Below are positions 18,944 to 27,652 of a stretch of DNA of 64,000 nt, piece after piece. The DNA is from Aulosira sp. ZfuVER01 (GTDB taxonomy: Bacteria; Cyanobacteriota; Cyanobacteriia; Cyanobacteriales; Nostocaceae). How positions within the stretch are numbered: the first letter of the stretch is position 1; each line of letters starts with the position of its first letter. Location of the stretch: NCBI GenBank assembly GCA_034530615.2, contig JAVRCV020000007.1, positions 32,001 through 96,000 on the forward strand, read 5' to 3'. The notes under the pieces were generated by a model. The model was not told the origin of the DNA, searched no databases, and was given only the letters and a program-made list of their open reading frames with translations. The position numbers and the translations under genes were made by a program.

Positions 18944-20650
18944 ATGAGATTGAAAAACGACGAGATAGCAATACCTACTACCCTGGAAGCACCACAGCTT
19001 TTCAGTGTCAGTCGCTTGTTTAGTAACCTACGCGGCGATTTAGCGGGAGGACTGACAGCGGCGGTGGTAGCCTTACCTTTAGCATTAGCTTTTGCTGTGG
19101 CTAGTGGTGTGGAACCAAAGGCGGGACTATACACTGCTATTGTGGCAGGAATTGTTGCAGCAATCTTTGGGGGTTCGCCTGTACAGATTACAGGGCCTAC
19201 AGGTGCAATGGCTGTGATTTTGGTGGGAATTGTCGCTAAGTACGGCTTAGAGAAAGTTTGGATTGCTGGGGTAATAGCTGGGATAATCCAGATTGCTTTA
19301 GGGGTTGCTAAACTCGGGCAATTAGTCAAGTTTATTCCTTACCCGGTGACGGCAGGCTTTACTAATGGTATTGCCGTTATTATTTTTTGTGGTCAGTTAA
19401 ATAATTTCTTTGGCTTACAACTACCGCGTCAAGAACATTTTTTGCCGGGACTTTGGCAAAGTTTAACTCATCTAGAAGCGTTAAACTGGGCAGCTGTTGT
19501 ATTAGGAATGCTGGTGATTGCAACCAATATTTTATGGCCCAAGATTAACACTACAATACCAGGTTCTTTAATGGGGCTGGTGTTAGCAACAGCGATCGCA
19601 TCTTATTTACATCTTGATGTCCCCACAATTGGAGCCATTCCCCAAGCTTTACCGATGCTCCAAGGTATTCCCCACTGGAATGATTTTGGCTTGATTCGGG
19701 AACTGATTAATCCAGCTTTGGCTTTAGCAGCACTGGGAAGTATTGAATCGTTACTCTCAGCAGTTGTAGCTGATGGTATGACTGTGAGCGAGAAACACAA
19801 TAGCGATCGCGAATTAATTGGTCAAGGGTTAGCAAATATTATTATTCCATTTTTTGGTGGTATTCCAGCCACAGGTGCGATCGCGCGAACTGCTGTCAAT
19901 GTCCGTTCTGGCGGTAAAACCCGACTGTCTGGGGTAATTCATGGCGTTGCTTTAGCCATTATTGTGTTAACTTTAGCACCCCTAGCAGCGCAGATTCCCT
20001 TAGCAGCACTGGCTGGAATTTTGATGGTGGTTAGTCTGCGGATGATTGAGTGGGAAGCCATTGGCTTACTGCTACGTGCTACCTACTCCGACTTTGCGGT
20101 GATGATTCTCACCTGGTTAGTGACAATATTATTTGACTTGGTTCTCGCTGTTGAAGTGGGATTAATTGCAGCCGGAGCCTTATTTATCAAACGCATGAGC
20201 GATTTAAGCTTGGCGAAAATCCCGGAAACGGAAGTATTTCCCCCTGGTATTCCTCTGGAATTAAGCAAAGAAATTGCGGTGTATCGCGTAGATGGCCCCG
20301 TATTTTTTGGTGCTGCGGAAAGGTTTGTTACCTTTCTACGGGAGCAACCAGAAGTGAAGTATTTAATTCTGCGGTTGCGGTTTGTGCCCAATATGGATAC
20401 GACTGGATTAGTAGCTTTAGAGGATATTTATCACGACTTAGAACGGCATAATTGCCGCTTAATTCTCACAGGTTTACAACCCCAAGTTCAACAATTACTA
20501 GAACGCTCAGGATTGTTAAAAACGATTGGATTATCAAATTGTTTTGAAACAACAACAGATGCTATTTACTCTATAACTCCGCAATCTTCTCAACCTGTAG
20601 CAGCTAATTTTCCATCAAAAGAATTGATGGCATTAAATGATGAAAATTAA
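18944..20650 (+). CDS. SulP/SLC26 anion transporter with STAS domain
   Basis: GDLAGGLTAAVVALPLALAFA, GPTGA, ESLLSA, NSDRELIGQG, and STAS motifs GPVFFGAA and DTTG; ATG at 18944 preferred. Confidence 0.93.
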   Translation: MRLKNDEIAIPTTLEAPQLFSVSRLFSNLRGDLAGGLTAAVVALPLALAFAVASGVEPKAGLYTAIVAGIVAAIFGGSPVQITGPTGAMAVILVGIVAKYGLEKVWIAGVIAGIIQIALGVAKLGQLVKFIPYPVTAGFTNGIAVIIFCGQLNNFFGLQLPRQEHFLPGLWQSLTHLEALNWAAVVLGMLVIATNILWPKINTTIPGSLMGLVLATAIASYLHLDVPTIGAIPQALPMLQGIPHWNDFGLIRELINPALALAALGSIESLLSAVVADGMTVSEKHNSDRELIGQGLANIIIPFFGGIPATGAIARTAVNVRSGGKTRLSGVIHGVALAIIVLTLAPLAAQIPLAALAGILMVVSLRMIEWEAIGLLLRATYSDFAVMILTWLVTILFDLVLAVEVGLIAAGALFIKRMSDLSLAKIPETEVFPPGIPLELSKEIAVYRVDGPVFFGAAERFVTFLREQPEVKYLILRLRFVPNMDTTGLVALEDIYHDLERHNCRLILTGLQPQVQQLLERSGLLKTIGLSNCFETTTDAIYSITPQSSQPVAANFPSKELMALNDEN

Positions 20651-20921
20651 CCGCCGATTAAGGGGGATAAACGCCGATTAACGCAGATAAGTTGCGAAGT
20701 TAAAATGTAGCGGCATGACACAACTAAAGTTTGGCATTAGATTTATTGTTTAGAAAGCGCTAAAGCGCAACTACGAACATTTTCTATTGCATCATTTTAG
20801 TTGTGTCAGTGCAGTAGGGTGTGTTATCGCTTTAGCGTAACCCAGTATCAACAATTCTTTTAAATATAGATATTCCCAATTCAAACACGTTAAATACTTC
20901 TGGTAAAAAAGTATAAATTCT

Positions 20922-21977
20922 ATGCATTGTCCCAGCCCAAATTTAATCTTTAATAATCCGAGAAAATTTGTTGAGGGATGGTATTGGGCATTACCATCAC
21001 AAAAGTTAAAGATTGGCAAGGTGAAAGCTGTAACATTACTGGGTAGAAACCTAGCAATTTATCGGGGAGTCAGTGGCCAGGTGGTAGCGGTGGATGCTTA
21101 TTGTCCGCACATGGGCGCACATTTAGCTGAGGGTAAGGTAGAAGGTGATAGTATTCGCTGCTTTTTCCATAATTGGAAATATGATGAACGCGGAATTTGT
21201 ATAGACGTTCCTTCTCAAGGTAAACCTTTACCTGTATGTATCAAAACTTGGTCAACGGCAGAAAAATACGGCATGATTTGGGTGTGGGTAGGAGAAGAAA
21301 AGCCAAGTTCGCTACCTTTTGTCCCAGAATTAGAACAGGTAGACTGTGATTATGTATTGGGGACTCGGTTTATCAAAAACTGCCATCCCAATGTGTTGTT
21401 GATTAATGCGATTGATGCTCACCACTTTAATACAGTTCACAATCTACCTTTAGAAATTGTATTTGATTCCCAAGACTTCAACTCTCACGCTATTACATTC
21501 AGCAATACTACACGCGGTGGTGATGATTCCTGGTTAATCCGTCTGATTCGTCCCTTATACCGCAATGAAGTTACTTATAGTATGTGCTATTGGTATGGCA
21601 GCACTGGTACTGTCACACTAGGGCCAGATTTTCTGCACTTTTACATCATATTTGCGCTGCGAATGACCGAAGGTGGCAAAACCGAAGGGCAAACAATTTT
21701 AGTGACTCCCAAGCGACATGGATATTTAGGATGGGGTGTCAATCGCGCTTTACTGTGGTTAACGCAGCAGGTTGGTAATTACTTCGCTAAAGGCGATACG
21801 CAAGTATTTCAGACAATTCAGTTTGATTTGAAGACACCCACCAAAGCAGATCAATCGATTCTGCAATTTATCCAGCACGTTAATTGCCAAAAAGCCTTAA
21901 GTTGGGGAACCTGGGAAGTTGTTGATAATCCAGAAAAGAGCGATCGCTCTTCTTCATCTACCTCTGTAATGTTTTAG
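20922..21977 (+). CDS. Rieske non-heme iron oxygenase (alpha subunit)
   Basis: CPHMG...CFFH; NAIDAHHFNTVH; GDTQVF. Confidence 0.9.
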   Translation: MHCPSPNLIFNNPRKFVEGWYWALPSQKLKIGKVKAVTLLGRNLAIYRGVSGQVVAVDAYCPHMGAHLAEGKVEGDSIRCFFHNWKYDERGICIDVPSQGKPLPVCIKTWSTAEKYGMIWVWVGEEKPSSLPFVPELEQVDCDYVLGTRFIKNCHPNVLLINAIDAHHFNTVHNLPLEIVFDSQDFNSHAITFSNTTRGGDDSWLIRLIRPLYRNEVTYSMCYWYGSTGTVTLGPDFLHFYIIFALRMTEGGKTEGQTILVTPKRHGYLGWGVNRALLWLTQQVGNYFAKGDTQVFQTIQFDLKTPTKADQSILQFIQHVNCQKALSWGTWEVVDNPEKSDRSSSSTSVMF

Positions 21978-21978
21978 C

Positions 21979-22887
21979 ATGACTAACATATATAACATTG
22001 CCGGACTCGACCTGCCGCACGCAGCCCCCGATAACCGATTGCGACGTATACTCAAAGCAGCATTGCCAAATCACAGCAATAATTCTCCGCAGCAGCAATC
22101 AGATTATTGGGATGCGAAATTTTTCAACTTGCATCAAGTCCAAATCTTTCAACAAGCAAGTATAGCCGAACAATCTGCCATACTTGGACTTACTAATCGC
22201 AGCCTGTTAGAGGAATCTTATTTTATTGAGAAAGTAGGCATTGGCTATATGGCAAAGATGGTACTGTTAGCAGAAACAGTTGAGGAGCGAATGCTCTATG
22301 CAATGTTTAGCGCTGATGAAGCTACCCACCTCAACCAAATAACCAATTTTTTACCAGAATCAGAACCAACTAACAGCAACGATCCATTTCTGAGTTTACT
22401 AGCCCAAGTTGTTGAAAGTGCAGACAAAACAGTATTGTTATTTGTGCTTCAGGTAGTACTAGAAGGATGGGGTTTAAGCCATTACCGACGCCTAGCCAAA
22501 GAATGCCACAATCCAGTCTTGGCAGAAGTGTTCGCCAGTTTCCTACACGCAGAAGCACGCCATCACGGTACAGGAACCACCTTATTTAACCAAAATCCAG
22601 TTTCAGCTGACAGCCAAGCAACCATCCTTGATGTGTTGGCAAAATTTCTGTTTATGGTGCAAGTGGGGCCGCAAAACGTCTTATCAGCCATTGAACAAAT
22701 CAAAGGACATCTGACGCGATCGCAAAAAATCCAAATCCTCGAACAATTAGACACCCAAACCCATAGTGGAACCAGATTACAAATATTGCGATCGCTCATA
22801 CAACCAACATCAGCAAAAACCATCCTCCAAACCCTAGATGAACAAGGAGCCTTTGCACCCCTCCCCCCTCATCAATGCGTATATTAA
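21979..22887 (+). CDS. Ferritin-like diiron-carboxylate protein
   Basis: E (YFIEK), DEATH, E (VVLEGWG), AEARH give the canonical E/ExxH/E/ExxH four-helix ligand set; starts 1 bp after the Rieske stop. Confidence 0.85.
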   Translation: MTNIYNIAGLDLPHAAPDNRLRRILKAALPNHSNNSPQQQSDYWDAKFFNLHQVQIFQQASIAEQSAILGLTNRSLLEESYFIEKVGIGYMAKMVLLAETVEERMLYAMFSADEATHLNQITNFLPESEPTNSNDPFLSLLAQVVESADKTVLLFVLQVVLEGWGLSHYRRLAKECHNPVLAEVFASFLHAEARHHGTGTTLFNQNPVSADSQATILDVLAKFLFMVQVGPQNVLSAIEQIKGHLTRSQKIQILEQLDTQTHSGTRLQILRSLIQPTSAKTILQTLDEQGAFAPLPPHQCVY

Positions 22888-22913
22888 AAATTCACAGATA
22901 CCTCTAATCAAAC

Positions 22914-23008
22914 CTCTGCGTCACTTTGTCTTGAAAAGTTTCCTACGCCGGGAAACCCGGCTTCGAGGAACTTTTCGCTGCGTAAACCTCCGCGCCACTC
23001 TGCGTTAA
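22914..23008. repeat. Small dispersed repeat hairpin within CTCTGCGT-type repeats
   Basis: GAAAAGTTTCC...GCCGGG-AAA-CCCGGC...GGAACTTTTC nested stem flanked by ctctgcgt units. Confidence 0.6.
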
Positions 23009-23022
23009 AAATAAAATCTTTT

Positions 23023-24201
23023 ATGGAAACTACTACATCCAAACTATCAGATAACCCAACTACCTATCGCAAACTACAAATTAACCACACCCGCAACAAA
23101 CAGCAGGATCATACCGCTTTAATGGATGAAGCAACCGCCAAATTCCACTACAAAGATTGCCAAAACGAATATTGGAACCCCGAAGAATTTTCCCTACTTT
23201 ACGGTACACCTTTATGGGAGCAATCCAGCCAACACCAGCGCATTATCTTAAACCAACTTTACTGGGTAGCATACTACTCACAAATCGTTTCCGCCGAGAT
23301 TGCAACCATCTATTTTAATCAAACTAGTGCAGCCGGACTTTACGCTCAAGAAGACTTTCGCTTAATTTGCGATACCTTAGATTTAGAATCCTCGCAAGAA
23401 CGGGCGCACATTAACGCCTTTCGCACAATTGCCAAACAAGTTGAGCAAGCATTATTTGGGGAACTCATATTCACTTACCCCATGCGCGGCCCCTTTACCG
23501 AAACGATGGTTTATGCCGATACTAACGCCTTAAAAACTTGGTGGAAAAAGATTCAATTACAATACTTTGGCTTGATTTCTGCAAATAATACCTTTTTGGC
23601 TTGTCAATATTTCACAGTCCGAGGAGTGCGGACACTCAATGGCAAATTAGTACAGCACAAACTCAGCAATTATTATCAAAAGCATCCTCATCAAAATACT
23701 ACTCCAATTCCTGCCAAAATCTCTTACTATCACTTTTTGGATGAAAGCTTTCACTTCAATAGTTCGACAATTTTATCTCACGATGTTGTCACTTGCCTTC
23801 CTACACCAACTGCATTTGAACGACTAGTTGCTAATTTAGGATTGCTAGGATGTCAGCGCGATCACTTTCACTTTTCATCGGCAATTAACGGGATTTTTTG
23901 GTACGATCCAGCGCTATATTCTCAGATTTATCGCGTGCTGATATCGCCCATTTTTGCTATGAGCGACAAGGATGCTAAAGAAATGATCCGCCGCTGTTTT
24001 ACAGAAGAGTCAGAAGGGCTGCATCGTAGCTTTTTAACTCATCAAGAAGCAATGGCGTCTTATAAAGTGTATGTGGAAAAACTCGATTACCTTTGGCATA
24101 GGAATCGAGAAATGTCACTCATGGCGTATAATTCAATTCCTCAATATTTGGCGACTCAACAAAAAGCTTTTCAACGTTTTAAACAGCAGGTTCAAGTATA
24201 A
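23023..24201 (+). CDS. AurF/CylC-like dimetal-carboxylate enzyme (possible halogenase)
   Basis: YW.PEEFSLLYGTPLW, YWVAYY...SAEIAT..FNQ, LESSQERAH and YHFLDESFH motifs. Confidence 0.75.
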   Translation: METTTSKLSDNPTTYRKLQINHTRNKQQDHTALMDEATAKFHYKDCQNEYWNPEEFSLLYGTPLWEQSSQHQRIILNQLYWVAYYSQIVSAEIATIYFNQTSAAGLYAQEDFRLICDTLDLESSQERAHINAFRTIAKQVEQALFGELIFTYPMRGPFTETMVYADTNALKTWWKKIQLQYFGLISANNTFLACQYFTVRGVRTLNGKLVQHKLSNYYQKHPHQNTTPIPAKISYYHFLDESFHFNSSTILSHDVVTCLPTPTAFERLVANLGLLGCQRDHFHFSSAINGIFWYDPALYSQIYRVLISPIFAMSDKDAKEMIRRCFTEESEGLHRSFLTHQEAMASYKVYVEKLDYLWHRNREMSLMAYNSIPQYLATQQKAFQRFKQQVQV

Positions 24202-24312
24202 CGATATCCAAGAAAAACTCCTCAAGACGCAATTACACCTCCTGACTTGAAGGAGCAAGGGGAGATGGGGAGGCCTGACAAGTGTAGGTTTTTTACAGCA
24301 ACGCGGAAAATG

Positions 24313-24419
24313 GGACAAGGGGAGCCACTGCGTTGCGCGGGTTTCCAAGGCACTCCGTTGGGCAGCTTCGCCGACTTGAAGGAAGTGCCGTCGCGTTGTA
24401 GCAAGTGGCGTGGACAAGG
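24313..24419. mobile_element. Nested small dispersed repeats (one element inside a related element)
   Basis: Outer GGAGCCACTGCGTTGCGCGGGTTTCC|CGCGTTGTAGCAAGTGGCGT interrupted by AAGGCACTCCGTTGGGCAGCTTCGCCGACTTGAAGGAAGTGCCGT; GGACAAGG on both sides. Confidence 0.7.
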
Positions 24420-24622
24420 AAGAAAAAGCCTTATTCCTATGTTCAAATGAGAGTGCTAACTCACCCTTTTTTGTAAAACCTACACCTGTGAGCATGGGGA
24501 AGCTGGAGGAGAAAAACACTTTCATGCTTGGCAATGAAAAAATTTCATTGGGACTGCCTTATTTTCAAGCTAGCGTCGGATTTTGGTAGCCAACATTGCA
24601 AAAAAACTTAACACACATTTTA

Positions 24623-24672
24623 TGCACACGTGTGCAAAAATAAAATCATCGACTAATGCACACGTGTGCATT
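24623..24672. promoter_or_regulatory. Twin palindromic operators TGCACACGTGTGCA (LacI/HrmR-type)
   Basis: Perfect 14-bp palindrome at 24623-24636 and 18-bp AATGCACACGTGTGCATT at 24655-24672, 34 bp apart, 30 bp upstream of the hrmE ATG. Confidence 0.85.
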
Positions 24673-24702
24673 GACAATCAAACAACCATTTAAAAACCCG
24701 AT

Positions 24703-25596
24703 ATGTCTCGCACACTAAATGCCATAGAGCAAGCTCAAAACCATCCCTTACATTCCCTAGAAGAATGGGAACAAGACTTACTCAATCGCTATCCCGATCC
24801 AGAAAGCATAGTTAAAGAAGGTAAGGCTAGCGCAGAGTACAGAAATTATGAAACTACTACTAGAGATACTGTTAAAGAATTTTATCGATTAAATCATATT
24901 AATCAAACCTATGATTTCGTATTAAAGAAAGAAGAAGATTTTTCTAAGTTTGATAAGAAAGAAATGTCAATTTGGGATGCTTTGGAATTTTTGAATCAAT
25001 TAGTAGATGATTCAGATCCAGATACAGACTTAGACCAATTACAACACTTGTTACAAACATCAGAAGCTATTCGTGCTGATGGTCATCCTGACTGGATGGT
25101 ACTTACCGGCTTTTTCCATGATATGGGGAAAGTACTTTGTCTGTTTGGTGAACCTCAATGGGCGACTGTAGGCGATACCTATCCTGTAGGTTGTGCATTC
25201 TCTGACAAAATTGTTTTCTCGGAATTTTTTCAAGAGAATCCGGATTACAATAACCCAAAATATAACACTAAATATGGTGTTTATCAGTCGAATTGTGGAT
25301 TGAGTAATGTACATATGTCATGGGGACATGATGAGTATTTTTATCGCATCATGAAACCCTATTTACCTGAACCTGCATTGTACATCCTCCGCTATCACTC
25401 ATTTTATCCGCAACATCGAGAAAATGCATACGAACATTTGATGGATGAACGCGATCGCGAAATGTTTAAGTGGGTGAAGTTATTCAATCCCTACGATTTG
25501 TATTCTAAAAATCCTAATCCTCCAGATTGGCAACAACTCAAGCCATTCTATGAAGATTTAGTGGCTAAATATTTACCCCCGACCATCAAATTCTAA
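24703..25596 (+). CDS. hrmE: Inositol oxygenase (MIOX, HD-fold diiron), HrmE-like
   Basis: H..QT.DFV, VDDSDPDTD...HLLQTSE, HDMGK, QWATVGDTYPVGC, SWGHDEY, RYHSFYP and FNPYDLYSK motifs; context upstream of frt genes. Confidence 0.88.
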   Translation: MSRTLNAIEQAQNHPLHSLEEWEQDLLNRYPDPESIVKEGKASAEYRNYETTTRDTVKEFYRLNHINQTYDFVLKKEEDFSKFDKKEMSIWDALEFLNQLVDDSDPDTDLDQLQHLLQTSEAIRADGHPDWMVLTGFFHDMGKVLCLFGEPQWATVGDTYPVGCAFSDKIVFSEFFQENPDYNNPKYNTKYGVYQSNCGLSNVHMSWGHDEYFYRIMKPYLPEPALYILRYHSFYPQHRENAYEHLMDERDREMFKWVKLFNPYDLYSKNPNPPDWQQLKPFYEDLVAKYLPPTIKF

Positions 25597-26527
25597 AGCT
25601 TCAATAGTAACAAAGGTAAGGGTCAGAACACTACACACACATCATATTTAATAGAGCTTGTTGTGCATCATGTTTAAAAGTGATTGAGCAAGCTTAAATC
25701 AGGTGAAGTGTTTCCAAAACTGAACTGCGTCTTGGCAAAGGTAAACTTATAAAACGAGTGTGTAGATGTGCTGGCGCAACAATTAGTCCACAAGTTTTGT
25801 ATTTAGCGCTATTTTATTACGTTAGGTAGAGGAAAATCATAAATTTTTGTAATATTAACCTCTGGAATAGCGATAACAACTTCTGTTAACCAGCATAATT
25901 GGCTCAAGCCGGAAAACAATACGGCAGGCTTTTCAGGCAAATTGCTGTACTTATTATACATGAACATGTCTGTTATTTCTGTTTAATACTTTACGGTTGT
26001 TCAATAATAATGAGCAAACAGCTTACTTGCAAAAATCTAGAATTGTCAATCGAATATTTACCTACCATGCTGTTAACTTTTATGAATGTGTCTGAAAGTG
26101 TGGGGATGAATTTAGTTAAACTGATAAATAAGCTTAAATCTGCTTATATATCAGCGATACCTCTCTAGAAATAGAGAAATAAAATACTCTTATTCCTTGA
26201 GGAAAAGTGTTTTGAGAAAAGAGGTTTATTTTGGCTGGCTTACAAAATAAACGCATAAAACTCGTCTTTATTCACATACTTTCAAATACAGATCACAAAA
26301 AAATGTAAAGATTTGAAGGATTTGAAAGAGTCTAGTTTTGCTTTAAATCCCAAAAAATTTATTTAGTGGAACTCTGAGAAATAACTCAAATCAAGTTAAA
26401 ACACAACAGATTTGAGCAGAGTTTAACTCTCAAAAGTTAGCAGTGCCACTAACTTAGGTCTGAAGTCTTCAGGCCTAGTAGATATTGTGGTGACATTGCA
26501 GATATTTAAATGCGTTTTTGGATATAG

Positions 26528-27541
26528 ATGAATATGAAGAGAATGGCGATCGCAGTTAGCATCTTAGGTTTAATCAGTGGTACTGTTGTTGGTTGCTCAA
26601 ATGGCACTGACAACGACAACGCTGCTACTAACACTGATACCAATACTGCTATCAACACTAGCGCCCACAGTACAGAGAACGGGAAATTACGAACCATTGG
26701 TGTTAGCCTGGGTGACTTAGGTAATCCTTTTTATGTAGCAGTGCAGAAAGGCGCTGAGAGACAAGCCAAGAAAATAGGGAATGGTATCAGAGTTAATTCG
26801 GTTTCCAGTGGCTTTGACCTCAACCAACAAACTAACCAAATCGAAAATTTCACCGCCGCGAATACTGACCTAATTATCCTCAGTGCGGTGGACAAAAAAG
26901 GCGTCAAACCAGCAATCGACCAAGCCAGAAAAGCAGGTAGGGTTGTGGTTGCGGTAGATTCAGCCGTTGATGCAGATGTGGATGCAATGATTAGCTCCAA
27001 CAATACCCAAGCTGGAGAGGTTGCTTGCAAATATATAGGCGATCGCCTTAAAGGTCAAGGTAATGTAGTCATCCTCAACGGTACGCAGATGGACTCCATA
27101 GTCCAGCGCGTTGAAGGCTGTATGACTTCATTGTCCAAATATCCGGGAATCAAAATCCTCTCTAAAGATCAGAATGCAGAAGGGACAAGGGATGGCGGAC
27201 TCAGAGTTATGACAGACTTGCTCACAACCTTTCCCAAGATTGATGCGGTTTTTGCCACTAACGATCAGAGTGGGGTAGGCGCAGATTTAGCCGCCAAGCA
27301 AGCAAGACGCAAAGAATTTTTTATTGTTGGGGTTGACGGTTCGCCAGATGCAACCAAAGCAATGGAAGACAAAGATGGTGTATTTGCGGCAACTGCTGCT
27401 CAAAATCCAGCAGGGATGGCTGAACAAGCGGTTCAAGTTGGTAACGATGTCATCCAAGGCAAAAAACTGAGTAATCCCAACATTCTGGTTCCAGTCAAGT
27501 TAGTCACCCGTGAGAACCTTAGCAGCTATCAAGGCTGGTAG
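26528..27541 (+). CDS. frtA1: Sugar ABC transporter periplasmic binding lipoprotein (FrtA1-like)
   Basis: Lipobox VVGC, RbsB-type NPFY, NDQSG and VGVDGS motifs; locus context. Confidence 0.85.
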   Translation: MNMKRMAIAVSILGLISGTVVGCSNGTDNDNAATNTDTNTAINTSAHSTENGKLRTIGVSLGDLGNPFYVAVQKGAERQAKKIGNGIRVNSVSSGFDLNQQTNQIENFTAANTDLIILSAVDKKGVKPAIDQARKAGRVVVAVDSAVDADVDAMISSNNTQAGEVACKYIGDRLKGQGNVVILNGTQMDSIVQRVEGCMTSLSKYPGIKILSKDQNAEGTRDGGLRVMTDLLTTFPKIDAVFATNDQSGVGADLAAKQARRKEFFIVGVDGSPDATKAMEDKDGVFAATAAQNPAGMAEQAVQVGNDVIQGKKLSNPNILVPVKLVTRENLSSYQGW

Positions 27542-27559
27542 TGAAGAGGTAGGGAGCAG

Positions 27560-27625
27560 AGAAGGGGGACAAGGGGGACAAGGAAGACAAGGGGGAAATA
27601 ACCAATGCCCAATGCCCCATGCCCA
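27560..27625. repeat. Nostoc short tandem repeats (GGGGACAA; CCCAATG/CCCCATG)
   Basis: Tandem heptamer/octamer units between frtA1 and frtA2. Confidence 0.8.
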
Positions 27626-27652
27626 ACTCAAAAACTTTTTTAATGAGGAGAT

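Noticed and set aside
18944..20650. Naming the SulP gene bicA
   Set aside because: The family is clear but orthology and substrate cannot be determined by eye
24133..24534. Overlapping ORFs of 133, 74 and 67 aa, and a possible hrmK remnant
   Set aside because: They read through nested repeat elements and have no kinase P-loop or other recognisable motif
25899..26168. 89-aa ORF in the hrmE-frtA1 spacer
   Set aside because: TTG start, AT-rich, no motif; more likely promoter DNA
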